A stretch of 64,000 nucleotides of DNA, taken from assembly GCA_016789105.1 (NCBI GenBank), contig JAEURN010000010.1:51348-115347 (forward strand), written 5' to 3'. This document shows, one piece after another, positions 52,277 to 62,027 of this stretch; position 1 is the first letter of the stretch, and each line of letters opens with the position of its first letter. This DNA is from Armatimonadota bacterium (GTDB taxonomy: Bacteria; Armatimonadota; Fimbriimonadia; Fimbriimonadales; Fimbriimonadaceae). The notes beneath the pieces were generated by a model. It ran no database searches. It worked only from the letters and a program-made list of their open reading frames with translations, and was not told where the DNA came from. Both the position numbers and the translations under genes were made by a program.

Positions 52277-54409
52277 CTAAGCTGCCGACGGCTGGGCTTC
52301 GGCAACACCGGATCGGAGCGCGCCCAGCACGCTCGCGGGGGTGCAATGGCAATGCGAATTCCGAACGGCCGTGACCGTGGTTCTGGTGTTTAGGTGCTCA
52401 AACCAGCTCTCCAAGTCCGAACGCCTATCGCAAACTTCTTGCTCAGACGCTTCGGGCAGGATCAGTAGGAGTTCTGCCGTGGAGATCATCCCAAATACAT
52501 CGTCTTCGCGGCATGACATTGCGATTTGCCGGCCGGCCTCTTCGGCGGCTAGAGCCACCTCGTCGTGGCTGCCTTGGACAGTGACCAGAACGCACCCGAA
52601 CGCACCTTGCTTGGCGTAACCGCAGATCGCTTCCAGTAGCTCCATCATTTTTTCGGCGTCGGCGGCACTCTGGGGCGGCTCGGCCTCGACGCCAACCTTC
52701 TCCCGGATGGTCAGGACGACCGCTCCGAGCCTCAGGTCTCCAAGATGGTTGGCGGCAAAGACATCTGCTGCAAACGCCTTCTCAGTTCCGATCAGTTGCA
52801 CACTGGCTTGTTGCAGGTTGCCTGAACTTTCGAGCGTATCCGCCCAAAGCCGCTCGCCGTTCTCCCGCGAATCCTTGTGGAGCAGTTCGATCCAACTCCG
52901 TCCAATCAGGCTATCGGGAGAGGCGCCAATCAGCTCTTGGCAGGATTGCGAGGCGAAAACGATGATGCCTTCCGCCGAAACAGTCAGGACGGTATCCACC
53001 GAGGCGTCGACCAACGCCTGAAAACTCATCCCGCCGTCTTGTTCGGTTTCCGGACGTTTTTGGCGGTTACTCCAATCCGTAACAACGGCGAGGATATCAG
53101 TGGTTCCGGATACCGTCATTCGAAACACCAAATTGCAAGCCCGGTCGGCCACGGTGCCGCAGAAATCAAATTCAAACGGCTTGCCGGTCAGGCGAGCCTG
53201 TTTGGCGCCGTGGGCCAATTTTGATTGGAGGTCTGCCGGAAAGACCTTCTGCCACGCCGATCCCCTGATCGCCTCATCGGGTCCAAAGATGCCCCGGTTG
53301 TCATAGACTTCGACAAGGCCCATCGCCCGGTCGAACTTCAACAACGTATCGGGAATGGCCTTGATCAAGGCCAGCCGGGCGAGGTCGTTTGCATTCAAAA
53401 GTTCGCGTCCAAGCCGTTCGGCGGTCACATCCCGGGCCGTTGCGGAACAGCTGCGGACGGCCCCGCCGCCGTCGATCACCGGCATGATTCGGGCGTCGAG
53501 CCACAGGCTCATTCCCGGTGCCGGTGAGAATTCCCAAGCCAGGCTCTCAATGGTCTCGCCAGAAAAGACTTTGCGGATGGTGGATTTGGCGGCTTCGGCG
53601 GTTGGGGTCCACCCGAGGCAGTCGATGACATTCCGGGAAACCGCCTTTTCGGCCGGGATCCTGGTGAGCCTTTCCATTTCACGGTTCCAGCGGAGGATCC
53701 TGCCATCGGATTCAAATTCAAAAATCGCCGCCGGCAAGTTGTTGACAGCACTCGTGATAGCGTCGGATTCCCTTTGTGTCGAGGCCGAAATGTCAGATTG
53801 GAACCCGCGGCTTGCTGACCCCATCACGCTTTGCACAACCAGCGTCGTGCTGCCATGCCGCAACGAAGACCGGATCAGGAATGCCATGCCGAGCATGCCC
53901 AAAATCGCCAAGCCCGCCAACCCGGTCGCGGTTTGGCTCAACTGGGCGGAGCGGGATTTGAGGGCGGCAGCCCCCCGGTCGGCGGAAGATTTCGCCGTTC
54001 TCAGCAACGTTTGGTCGACCCGAGAAGCCAACGCCTCTCGCCGGACTGCCGTCCAGGCGGATCCTGATTTGAAGGCGATATCCCGGTCTGCGGACCGGAT
54101 TTGACCTTCGTGCTTTTGCAATCCAACCCTTTCCCGAAGGATGAGGTCGAGTTGGGACGTCTGGTCGAGCGATTCCAGGGTGGTGATGTCTTTTGAAAAA
54201 TCAGAAAGGTGTTGGGCTGCTTCGGACACCGAACCCGACCAGAATGCCAGGCCTGCCGAGGCCAAAACGCACACGGCCAAAAGCGCCATGGCCACCCCGT
54301 GGAACCAAGCCCGGTGCCACAGGCGCACCGTTTTGAACACTTCCCCGGCGCCTTCCAAAGTGACCGGATCCAATTGATCCCAATCCAGTTTGCGGAGATT
54401 GGCACCCAT
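52277..54409 (-). CDS. Membrane-anchored multi-PAS sensor with degenerate GGDEF-like C-terminus
   Basis: Two TM segments; PAS motifs (WNREMERLT, AIPDTLLKFD, FQALVDASVD...IVFAS); C-terminal CREDDVFGMISTAELLLILP. Confidence 0.7.
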   Translation of the reverse strand: MGANLRKLDWDQLDPVTLEGAGEVFKTVRLWHRAWFHGVAMALLAVCVLASAGLAFWSGSVSEAAQHLSDFSKDITTLESLDQTSQLDLILRERVGLQKHEGQIRSADRDIAFKSGSAWTAVRREALASRVDQTLLRTAKSSADRGAAALKSRSAQLSQTATGLAGLAILGMLGMAFLIRSSLRHGSTTLVVQSVMGSASRGFQSDISASTQRESDAITSAVNNLPAAIFEFESDGRILRWNREMERLTRIPAEKAVSRNVIDCLGWTPTAEAAKSTIRKVFSGETIESLAWEFSPAPGMSLWLDARIMPVIDGGGAVRSCSATARDVTAERLGRELLNANDLARLALIKAIPDTLLKFDRAMGLVEVYDNRGIFGPDEAIRGSAWQKVFPADLQSKLAHGAKQARLTGKPFEFDFCGTVADRACNLVFRMTVSGTTDILAVVTDWSNRQKRPETEQDGGMSFQALVDASVDTVLTVSAEGIIVFASQSCQELIGASPDSLIGRSWIELLHKDSRENGERLWADTLESSGNLQQASVQLIGTEKAFAADVFAANHLGDLRLGAVVLTIREKVGVEAEPPQSAADAEKMMELLEAICGYAKQGAFGCVLVTVQGSHDEVALAAEEAGRQIAMSCREDDVFGMISTAELLLILPEASEQEVCDRRSDLESWFEHLNTRTTVTAVRNSHCHCTPASVLGALRSGVAEAQPSAA

Positions 54410-54411
54410 TG

Positions 54412-54696
54412 TCAACCACCTGCCTCCCCAATGCGCTGGAGAACATCATCCAACGAAAACCCGTGGATGGCCAGGGTTTTGACCCTGGATTTGTGCCCGC
54501 TGGCGAGCTTGACGGCGGATTTGGGGATGCCAAGTGTTTTGGCTGCCAAAGACACGAGGGCGCTGTTGGCTTCCCCGCCGTGCGGAGGTGCATTCACCCA
54601 GGCCTTGATCGTGCCGTCCGGTTGCCGTTCCATTTTCACCAGCGAAGACTTGGGCGTGATGCGGACTTGGATCTCGCAGCCATTTTCGGGGTTCAC
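54412..54696 (-). CDS. DUF167 (YggU-like) protein
   Basis: VRITPKS, APPHGGEAN and GHKSRVK motifs. Confidence 0.85.
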   Translation of the reverse strand: MNPENGCEIQVRITPKSSLVKMERQPDGTIKAWVNAPPHGGEANSALVSLAAKTLGIPKSAVKLASGHKSRVKTLAIHGFSLDDVLQRIGEAGG

Positions 54697-54742
54697 TTTG
54701 CCGCCGCCTCACCGCAAATGTTCGGCAGTCTCACAAAAAGCT

Positions 54743-55327
54743 TTAGCTTCCGCCGCCGGAAAGCTTGGCTTTGACTTTATCCCGGTTGGCTTTTGCGGCG
54801 TCGTCGTTGGGGTCGAGCAAGAGATATTTGTCCCATGTCTCTAACGCCCTTTCGTAGAAGCCAAGCCTTTCATAGGAGTGGGCCAAGATGCGGTAGCTGT
54901 TGGCATGGGGCTTGGTGTCGAATTCCAAAGTGGGCTCCAAAATCGCCACGACGTTTTTGTAGGCCCGCTTGAGGAAATAGAACTGCGCTTCAGGATAGTA
55001 CGCCTCGGGATTTTCTGGAAACTGTTGTTTGAACCGGACGTAGGTGGCCAGTTCGAGGTCGGGGCGCTCGATGTTGCCGTACATCCAGCCGAGGTCGGTG
55101 ACCGCCTCATAATCATTCGGCCTCCAAATGATTTCCCAAGAGATGATCTGAATGGCGGATGGGAATTCACCATCGTTGAAAAGCGAATCTTTTTCTGCCG
55201 AAATGCGCCAATAGGCGGCCGCGGTGATCCGGCTGGCCCCGGGGGTGGAGGTCATTTCCTTGAGTTGTGCAGGCGCCGCACAGACCATGGAGCAGGCGGC
55301 AATGGCGGCAATGGCTTGGCGTTTCAT
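54743..55327 (-). CDS. Secreted TPR-repeat protein
   Basis: Signal peptide; TPR-like helical pairs ([28 protein letters not shown]). Confidence 0.78.
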   Translation of the reverse strand: MKRQAIAAIAACSMVCAAPAQLKEMTSTPGASRITAAAYWRISAEKDSLFNDGEFPSAIQIISWEIIWRPNDYEAVTDLGWMYGNIERPDLELATYVRFKQQFPENPEAYYPEAQFYFLKRAYKNVVAILEPTLEFDTKPHANSYRILAHSYERLGFYERALETWDKYLLLDPNDDAAKANRDKVKAKLSGGGS

Positions 55328-56799
55328 TGGCTAAGGAGTTTGCGCAAGGTTTCCTGCACAGTCTTTGGGTCGGCACGACCTTCGGTTTTTTTCATGACTT
55401 GGCCCACAAAAAACCCAAAGAGCGATTCCTTTCCGCCCCTGAATTGTTCGACCTGTCCGGGGTTGGCGGCCATCACTTCCTGGACTGCGGCCTCAATGGC
55501 CGAAGAATCGTTGATGACGGTCAACCCCTGTTCTTGAATGACGGTTGACGGGAGCTTGCCCGTTTCAAAAATTTCCTCAAAGACTTGCTTGGCGATTTTT
55601 CCGCTGATCGTGCCATCCGCAATGAGCTGGATGAGTTCGACGATGTGTCTCGGGCGGACTTTGCTGGCGGGGCGCTCTGGTGTTCCGTCCCCCTGCGCGA
55701 GGCCGATTTGGTTGTGCTCGTTCAGTAGCCGGGCAAAGTCCCCGTTCATCCAGTTGCAAGCTTGTTTGGCATCGGCACCTTGGGCCACACACTGTTCAAA
55801 GAAGTCCGCCCAATATTGTTCGGAAACCAAAACACCAGCATCGTAAGCGCTGAGACCAAAGTCTTCTTCGTACCGTTTTTGTTTGGCAAGGGGCAGTTCT
55901 GGGATGGTGGCCCGGATCCGGTTGATCCGTTCGGAATCCAAATGCATCGGGACAAGGTCGGGGCATGGGAAGTACCGGTAGTCAGCCTCGGATTCCTTGA
56001 CGCGCATCGGATAGCTACTGAGGGTTTGCTCGTTCCACCCCCTGGTTTCCTGGATCACGCGGCCGCCATCTTCCAGGAGTTTGGATTGTCGCTCCAGTTC
56101 ATAGGCGATGCCGAGCTGGACGGATTTGAAGGAGTTGAGGTTCTTGAGTTCGGTTTTTGTCCCGTAGGTTTCCGAACCTTTTTTGCGGACGGAGATGTTG
56201 GGTTCGCACCGCATCGATCCTTGTTCGAGTTTGCCGTCGCAGACCCCAAGGTAGATGAGCATGGCGCGGAGTTGGACCATGTAGTCGCGGGCTTCGTCGG
56301 GGGATTCGATGTCTGGCGGGAATTCGGTGACGATCTCCATGAGCGGGACTCCGGCACGGTTGTAATCCACACCGCTCCCCCCTCCTGGGAGGTGCATGAG
56401 CTTTCCGGTGTCTTCTTCCAAGTGGACCCGCCGGATTTTGATCCGCTTGATGGCACCGTTAGTGGCGGGGATTTCCAGCCAACCGTTGTAGCCGATGGGG
56501 TTCGTCTCGCCATACTGGCTGACTTGGAACCCTTTGGGGAGATCTGGATAGAAGTAGTTTTTGCGGTGGAAGACCGAATCTTCGGGAACCGTACAATTAA
56601 GGGCCAGGGCGGTTTTGATGACCATCTCCACAGCCGCTTCGTTGGGTACGGGGAGGGTGCCGGGGAGTCCCAGGCAGATGGGGCAGGTCCGGGTGTTGGG
56701 CATGCCGCCAAATTCGGCCGGGCAACGACAGAACATTTTGCTCTCCGTCATCAATTCGGCGTGGACTTCCATCCCGACGCTGACCACGTATTCGGACAT
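55324..56799 (-). CDS. gatB: Asp/Glu-tRNA amidotransferase subunit B
   Basis: [56 protein letters not shown] and YRYFP motifs. Confidence 0.97.
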   Translation of the reverse strand: MSEYVVSVGMEVHAELMTESKMFCRCPAEFGGMPNTRTCPICLGLPGTLPVPNEAAVEMVIKTALALNCTVPEDSVFHRKNYFYPDLPKGFQVSQYGETNPIGYNGWLEIPATNGAIKRIKIRRVHLEEDTGKLMHLPGGGSGVDYNRAGVPLMEIVTEFPPDIESPDEARDYMVQLRAMLIYLGVCDGKLEQGSMRCEPNISVRKKGSETYGTKTELKNLNSFKSVQLGIAYELERQSKLLEDGGRVIQETRGWNEQTLSSYPMRVKESEADYRYFPCPDLVPMHLDSERINRIRATIPELPLAKQKRYEEDFGLSAYDAGVLVSEQYWADFFEQCVAQGADAKQACNWMNGDFARLLNEHNQIGLAQGDGTPERPASKVRPRHIVELIQLIADGTISGKIAKQVFEEIFETGKLPSTVIQEQGLTVINDSSAIEAAVQEVMAANPGQVEQFRGGKESLFGFFVGQVMKKTEGRADPKTVQETLRKLLSQ

Positions 56800-56886
56800 G
56801 GGTTTGAGTTTACTGTGCGTTCATGCGGCCTCTGGCCAATGACCCCACGTCTCCCTGAAGCCTGGTGCCATACTGAATTGCACGTT

Positions 56887-58359
56887 ATGGCGTTCCGCGA
56901 AGGCCTCAGTTTCGACGACGTGCTCCTGCTGCCCCGGCGCACGGAGATCTTGCCCACCCAGGTGGACACGGGCTCGCAGCTGCTCCCGGGCGTCAACCTG
57001 TCCGTACCGATCGTTTCGGCCCCAATGGACACCGTCACCGAGGCCCGGTTGGCCATCGCCATTGCCCGCGAAGGCGGGGTGGGCGTCATCCACCGGAACA
57101 TGCCGATCGATGAGCAGGCCCGCCAGGTGGATCGGGTCAAACGATCCGAGCACGGGGTCATCACCAACCCGATCCAGCTCACCGCCGACAAAGTGCTCCA
57201 AGAGGCTGTAGACCTCATGGAGCATTTCCATATTAGCGGGGTTCCCATCACGGATCAAGCCGGCAAGCTGGTTGGGATTTTGACCAACCGCGATATCCGT
57301 TTTGAAACCGATTATTCGAAGCCGATTGCGGACCGCATGACCAGCACGGGCTTAATCACCGGCGAGCCGGGAACCACGCTCGACCAAGCCCAGGAATTGT
57401 TGGCCCAACACCGGATCGAGAAACTGCCGATCGTGGATTCTGAGGGGTACCTCAAGGGACTGATCACGATCAAAGACATTGAGAAGGTGAAACGCCACCC
57501 CAATGCCACCAAGGATGACAAGGGCCGCTTGTGCGTCGGGGCGGCGATCGGGCCATTGCGCGAACCGTATGAACGGGCCAAGGCGCTGATGGAGGCCGGA
57601 GTGGATTTCATCGTTATCGATGCCGCCCATGGCCAAAGCATCGGCGTGGTCAATTGCGTGAAGATGCTCAAGGAAAGGCTCCCCGACCTCAAAGTCATTG
57701 CCGGCAATGTCGCCACCAAGGAAGGGGTGCGCGACCTCCACGCGGTCGGGGCCGATGCGTTGCGTTTGGGGATCGGGGCCGGTTCCATCTGCACAACGCG
57801 CGTGGTTGCCGGGGTGGGCGTTCCGCAGTTCACGGCGGTTTTGGATTGTTGCGAGGAGGCCAACAAGCTGGGCTTGCCCACCATCGCCGATGGGGGAATC
57901 CGGTCGAGCGGCGACATCGTCAAGGCCATCGCTGCGGGTGCGAGCACGGTGATGATGGGCAACATGTTTGCCGGGTGCGAAGAGTCGCCTGGTGAAATGG
58001 AGATCTATCGGAACCGGGCTTACAAGGTTTATCGCGGCATGGGGAGTATCGGGGCAATGAAGCAGGGCTCCAGCGACCGATATTTCGCGGTCAAGGAAGC
58101 TGGCTCGACCTTGGTACCGGAAGGAATTGAGGGGCGGGTTCCGTTCAAGGGCCCTCTGGGTGATACGGTGGCGCAACTGGTGGGCGGCCTTCGCTCTGGG
58201 ATGGGTTATTGCGGGGCGTCGACGCTCACGGAATTGCACCGCAACGCCGAATTCATCAAAATCACCAATGCCGGGCTTTTGGAATCGCACCCCCACGATG
58301 TGTGGATCACCAAAGAGCCGCCCAATTACAGCAGCCCGTTCAACCAGTCTGGGGAGTGA
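56887..58359 (+). CDS. guaB: IMP dehydrogenase with CBS pair
   Basis: [35 protein letters not shown] and YRGMGS motifs; start trimmed to ATG 56887. Confidence 0.97.
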   Translation: MAFREGLSFDDVLLLPRRTEILPTQVDTGSQLLPGVNLSVPIVSAPMDTVTEARLAIAIAREGGVGVIHRNMPIDEQARQVDRVKRSEHGVITNPIQLTADKVLQEAVDLMEHFHISGVPITDQAGKLVGILTNRDIRFETDYSKPIADRMTSTGLITGEPGTTLDQAQELLAQHRIEKLPIVDSEGYLKGLITIKDIEKVKRHPNATKDDKGRLCVGAAIGPLREPYERAKALMEAGVDFIVIDAAHGQSIGVVNCVKMLKERLPDLKVIAGNVATKEGVRDLHAVGADALRLGIGAGSICTTRVVAGVGVPQFTAVLDCCEEANKLGLPTIADGGIRSSGDIVKAIAAGASTVMMGNMFAGCEESPGEMEIYRNRAYKVYRGMGSIGAMKQGSSDRYFAVKEAGSTLVPEGIEGRVPFKGPLGDTVAQLVGGLRSGMGYCGASTLTELHRNAEFIKITNAGLLESHPHDVWITKEPPNYSSPFNQSGE

Positions 58360-58404
58360 CAGACGGTTCACCTAGCAATTTTATGGGAAACTCCGCGAAT
58401 ATTC

Positions 58405-58433
58405 TTGTAATTGCTGAATCGGTTCAGTATAGT
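58405..58433 (+). promoter_or_regulatory. Sigma70-type promoter of the lipoprotein-lacI-pilin-GH144 unit
   Basis: TTGTAA (58405-58410), 17-nt spacer, TATAGT (58428-58433), then 7 nt to ATG 58441. Confidence 0.72.
58414..58427. promoter_or_regulatory. LacI-family operator-like palindrome
   Basis: CTGAATCGGTTCAG, with 6 of 7 positions symmetric and the AAnCGnTT core typical of LacI/GalR operators. Confidence 0.68.
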
Positions 58434-58440
58434 GATATCT

Positions 58441-58791
58441 ATGAAAGCGCACTGGTGCGCCGCTCTGGCCATGGCGGCCGTAGTCCCGATTTGTTTATCG
58501 GGGTGCGGGGACGACAACAAATTGGATCCCAACGCCACGATCATGAATGTGGAGACGGCAAAGCAAGCCCGGACTTATTACGACCGGTACAACGGCGATT
58601 ACAAGTCTTTGTCGGATGCCGACAAAAAGGCGTACCTCGAATTGTTCAAAGGTGACCAAACCAAGGCCGATAAAACTTGGGAGATCATGTCCACCCCGCC
58701 GCCGGGATCCGCCCCAACCGGTGCCAATCCCGATGCCACAGGCACCGTCCCCCCCGGGCCGGGCGACCCTCCTAAACAAGGCGGCAACTAA
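58441..58791 (+). CDS. Small hypothetical lipoprotein
   Basis: Lipobox LSGC; helical core and Pro/Gly-rich tail. Confidence 0.78.
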   Translation: MKAHWCAALAMAAVVPICLSGCGDDNKLDPNATIMNVETAKQARTYYDRYNGDYKSLSDADKKAYLELFKGDQTKADKTWEIMSTPPPGSAPTGANPDATGTVPPGPGDPPKQGGN

Positions 58792-58812
58792 CCCCGACAG
58801 GATTGCCCAAAG

Positions 58813-59859
58813 ATGCGCAAACCCACCATTGCAGACGTAGCCAAACTTGCCGGGGTCGGCAAAGTCACGGTCAGCTATGTCTTGAACGGCCAAGCCGAAA
58901 CGGCACGCATCAGCAAGCCGACGGCGGACCGGGTGGAACGCGCGGCAGCCCAGTTGAACTACAGGCCCAACGCCCATGCCCGAAACCTGGTGCGCCAAAG
59001 GGCAGACACGATCGGGGTCGTGTTCCAATATGCCGACTACTTCTCTTCGGCAAGCAGCTTTATTACCGAAGTCCTCAAGGCGGTATGCCAAGCCTGCACG
59101 GAGGCGGGAGTGGACGTGTTGTTGCACACCAAGCCGACAACAGACCCCATGGCCGAAGCAAATGCCTTGAGCGACGGTTGCGTGGACGCGGTAATCATGA
59201 TCCGCGACGAAAACGACCCCGTTCACGAAATCCTTTTGGAGCGCGAGTTCCCCACCGTCCTGTTCTTCTGCCGTTCCGACGACCCGCGCGCCTCGTTTGT
59301 CTGTTGCGACAACTACGCCGGTGGCCGGTTGGCGGTCAGCCGGTTCGCCCATTCCGGGCACCAACGCATTGCGATGCTGATGGGTGGCCCCCGATCTGTT
59401 GACGCCAGCGACCGTTACCACGGATATTGCAGTGCGCTCAAGAGCGCGGGATTGGAGTTCCGCCCTGAATTTGCCGTCCCCGAAGGGAGGGTTCCCGAGT
59501 TGCTCCCCCACCTGATGCGCCGGGACGACCACCCCACTGCCGTTTTCGCATGGTCCGACGACTGTGCGATGGAGTGCATCCGATGCCTCCAACAATTGGG
59601 TTTCCGTGTCCCGGAAGACGTCGAAGTGATCGGCTTTGACGGCACCGAGGCCGGCGCCCGGTTTTCCCCACCCTTGTCGAGTATCCGGCAACCGATCCAG
59701 GACATCGCCGCCACGGCTGTCCAAGCGGCCAAGGATCTCGTCGAGGAAAACGCCCCCCGGCGGGTCATCCTGCCCCCGACCTTGGTCGAGCGTTCGACCA
59801 CTCGCATGCAATCCCACTTGCACTCAAACAACTCTGATCCAGAGGTTCCCTTCAAATGA
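58813..59859 (+). CDS. LacI-family transcriptional regulator
   Basis: TIADVAKLAGVGKVTVSYVLNG HTH; LNYRPN..AR.L hinge; periplasmic-binding-protein-like core (IGFDG, LSSIRQP). Confidence 0.95.
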   Translation: MRKPTIADVAKLAGVGKVTVSYVLNGQAETARISKPTADRVERAAAQLNYRPNAHARNLVRQRADTIGVVFQYADYFSSASSFITEVLKAVCQACTEAGVDVLLHTKPTTDPMAEANALSDGCVDAVIMIRDENDPVHEILLEREFPTVLFFCRSDDPRASFVCCDNYAGGRLAVSRFAHSGHQRIAMLMGGPRSVDASDRYHGYCSALKSAGLEFRPEFAVPEGRVPELLPHLMRRDDHPTAVFAWSDDCAMECIRCLQQLGFRVPEDVEVIGFDGTEAGARFSPPLSSIRQPIQDIAATAVQAAKDLVEENAPRRVILPPTLVERSTTRMQSHLHSNNSDPEVPFK

Positions 59860-60647
59860 AAAAAAATGCATTCACCCTGATTGAACTGCTGGTCGTGATC
59901 GCGATCATCGCCATCTTGGCCGCCATCCTGTTCCCGGTTTTCGCCCAAGCCAAAGCGGCGGCAAAAGCTACCAACTCCATCTCCAACATGAAGCAAATCG
60001 GCACCGGTTTGCAGATTTATCTAAGCGATTACGACGACTACAACCCCCTGCGGCGCATGTCGTTGACCACGACGGCGGGCACAGGCGAGCTTTCTTGGAA
60101 GCAAACCTGCATGCCTTACATCAAAAACACGCAGATTTTCACCGACACGATGAACCCGGCGGCCCGGTATCCGGATGACACTTCGGACGATGCAATCCGC
60201 GCTTTGTGGGGCCAAGTCGTTGTTGGACCGAAGACCTCCCGCGGGTACGCCTACTACGACCAAGCGTTTTTTGTCAACCAAGATTGGAACTCCAAGACCT
60301 ATTCCATCACCCAGCTGCAACAACCGGCCAACACGATCCTGATTGCCGAGCACAAACGGCTTTGGGTGGACTTGGGGCCGTGGCTGAACTGGACCAAGGT
60401 CGATCCCGATCCGGATGGCGTCAACCGTCTTGGCGGCTGGAGTTGGGGTGGCGGCAAATGGGAGGACAAGGCAATGGTCTTGATCTTCGGCGACAGCCAC
60501 GCCAAACGCACGGCCATGCGGGCCACCTGCGGCAAGGACAACGAGCTGAACATGTGGAACTACCAGCGCAACACCCTGGCCACCCAATCGCTCGGCAACC
60601 TGACCTGGGTTGACACGTTCTGCCAAACCATGCCGGCCAACTTTTAG
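59856..60647 (+). CDS. Prepilin-type N-terminal cleavage/methylation domain protein (DUF1559-like)
   Basis: NA|FTLIELLVVIAIIAILAAILFP, SNMKQIG...Y..DYDD and C-terminal IFGDSHAK; ATGA overlap with lacI. Confidence 0.92.
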   Translation: MKKNAFTLIELLVVIAIIAILAAILFPVFAQAKAAAKATNSISNMKQIGTGLQIYLSDYDDYNPLRRMSLTTTAGTGELSWKQTCMPYIKNTQIFTDTMNPAARYPDDTSDDAIRALWGQVVVGPKTSRGYAYYDQAFFVNQDWNSKTYSITQLQQPANTILIAEHKRLWVDLGPWLNWTKVDPDPDGVNRLGGWSWGGGKWEDKAMVLIFGDSHAKRTAMRATCGKDNELNMWNYQRNTLATQSLGNLTWVDTFCQTMPANF

Positions 60648-60672
60648 GCTCGCAGAGTTCCAAGCACTGACC

Positions 60673-60698
60673 TGGGCCGCACCCTTCGGTGCGGCCCA
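60673..60698. other. GC-rich 11-bp stem-loop without U-tail between the pilin-like and glycosidase genes
   Basis: tgggccgcacc-cttc-ggtgcggccca. Confidence 0.65.
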
Positions 60699-60719
60699 AC
60701 CCTTCCACCACACCCCCTG

Positions 60720-62021
60720 ATGATCCAGCCCCTCCTCCTGTTGGCCCTCAATTCAACGGCTTCGACCGCTCCTCGCGGAGAGGCCCTTCTGACCGAGCTC
60801 TCCAAAAAGTCGGTCGCTTACTTTTGGGAAAACTCCAACCCCCAAACCGGATTCACCCTGGATCGGGCTCCTAACTATCCGGGTGCGGCGGCCGAAAACG
60901 CGACGATCAGTTCCATCGCCGCAACGGGCTATGCCCTGAGCGCCTATTGCATCGGCGTTGACCGGGGTTGGCTGGGCAGAGCAGAAGCCAAAAAGCGAAC
61001 CGTGCTGACCTTGGGGAACGTGTTGACAAAACTGCAAGGCAACAAGGGTTGGTACTTCCATTTCGTCGATTGGACGACCGGCAAACGCGAGTGGAATTCT
61101 GAATTGTCCACGATCGATTCCGCCCTGCTTTTCGCCGGGGTGGAAATGGCCCGGGGCTACTGGGCCGACCCCGAGGTGAGCAAACTGTGCGACCAGATCA
61201 TGGGCCGGGTGGATTGGCACTGGTTCCTGACCGACGGCGGCAAGAACATGAACTCCCTGACCTTCAGTATGGGTTGGTCGCCTGAGAACGGATTTTTGGA
61301 AGCCCGGTGGAACGGCTTTTACGAAAGCATGTTCCTGTACATCATCGCGCTGGGCAACGACGACAAATTGGAACCGGAGATCTGGACGGCGTTCCGGCGG
61401 TCGCGTTTCCAATGGCAAGGCATCGACCTCTTGCACGGGGCCGCCTTGTTCATCCACCAGATGTCGCAAGCGTATCTGCCCATGCAAGGCAAACGGGACG
61501 TCTTGGGCTACGATTATTGGGTTGAGGGCCGCAACATGACCCTGGCCAACCGGCTCTATTGCAAGCTCAACCCCAAGGGCTTCAAGGCGTACGGCCCGGA
61601 TATCTGGGGGCTTTCGGCGTGCGACATCCCCGGTGGCTATGGGGCACCGGGTGCCCCCGTGCCTTCGGGTGAGCCCTTCGACAACGGGACGCTTGCCCCG
61701 GCCTCGGCTGTCGCCAGCGTGATGTATACGCCGGAATTGAGCATGCAGGCGGCGGACGCCTACGTCACCCAATTGCCAGAAAGCTACGGCCGGTATGGGT
61801 TCACCACGGGCATCAACCCCAGTCAGGGTTGGAAATCCACCCACGTGATCGGCATCGATATCGGCCAGATGATGCTGGCGATCGAGGCCCACCAAAACGG
61901 GAAACCTTACAAGTGGATGATGTCCAACCCCCGCATTGCCAAGGGAATGAAACGCGCCGGATTCCACGAAACCCAAGAAGGCCCCTTGGAATCGCGCCCC
62001 CTATACCTGCAGCCGTACTGA
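60720..62021 (+). CDS. Secreted glucoamylase-like / GH144-type glycoside hydrolase (candidate beta-1,2-glucanase)
   Basis: SIAATGYAL, GWYFHF, ELSTIDSALL, MGWSPE, WNGFYE, LFIHQ, YGPDIWGLSA, DNGTLAP, YGRYGF and IGIDIG match the DUF3131/Glycoamylase family pattern. Confidence 0.82.
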   Translation: MIQPLLLLALNSTASTAPRGEALLTELSKKSVAYFWENSNPQTGFTLDRAPNYPGAAAENATISSIAATGYALSAYCIGVDRGWLGRAEAKKRTVLTLGNVLTKLQGNKGWYFHFVDWTTGKREWNSELSTIDSALLFAGVEMARGYWADPEVSKLCDQIMGRVDWHWFLTDGGKNMNSLTFSMGWSPENGFLEARWNGFYESMFLYIIALGNDDKLEPEIWTAFRRSRFQWQGIDLLHGAALFIHQMSQAYLPMQGKRDVLGYDYWVEGRNMTLANRLYCKLNPKGFKAYGPDIWGLSACDIPGGYGAPGAPVPSGEPFDNGTLAPASAVASVMYTPELSMQAADAYVTQLPESYGRYGFTTGINPSQGWKSTHVIGIDIGQMMLAIEAHQNGKPYKWMMSNPRIAKGMKRAGFHETQEGPLESRPLYLQPY

Positions 62022-62027
62022 CCAAAT

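Noticed and set aside
56800-56886. Purine riboswitch upstream of guaB
   Set aside because: No purine-aptamer consensus is visible; the region is a short divergent promoter shared with gatB.
55762-56886. Long N-terminal extension of the 865-aa guaB ORF
   Set aside because: It is the antisense shadow of gatB; IMPDH homology starts at ATG 56887.
59856-60647. Classical type IV pilus or T2SS operon
   Set aside because: Only one pilin-like gene is present, with no ATPase, platform, secretin or peptidase genes nearby.
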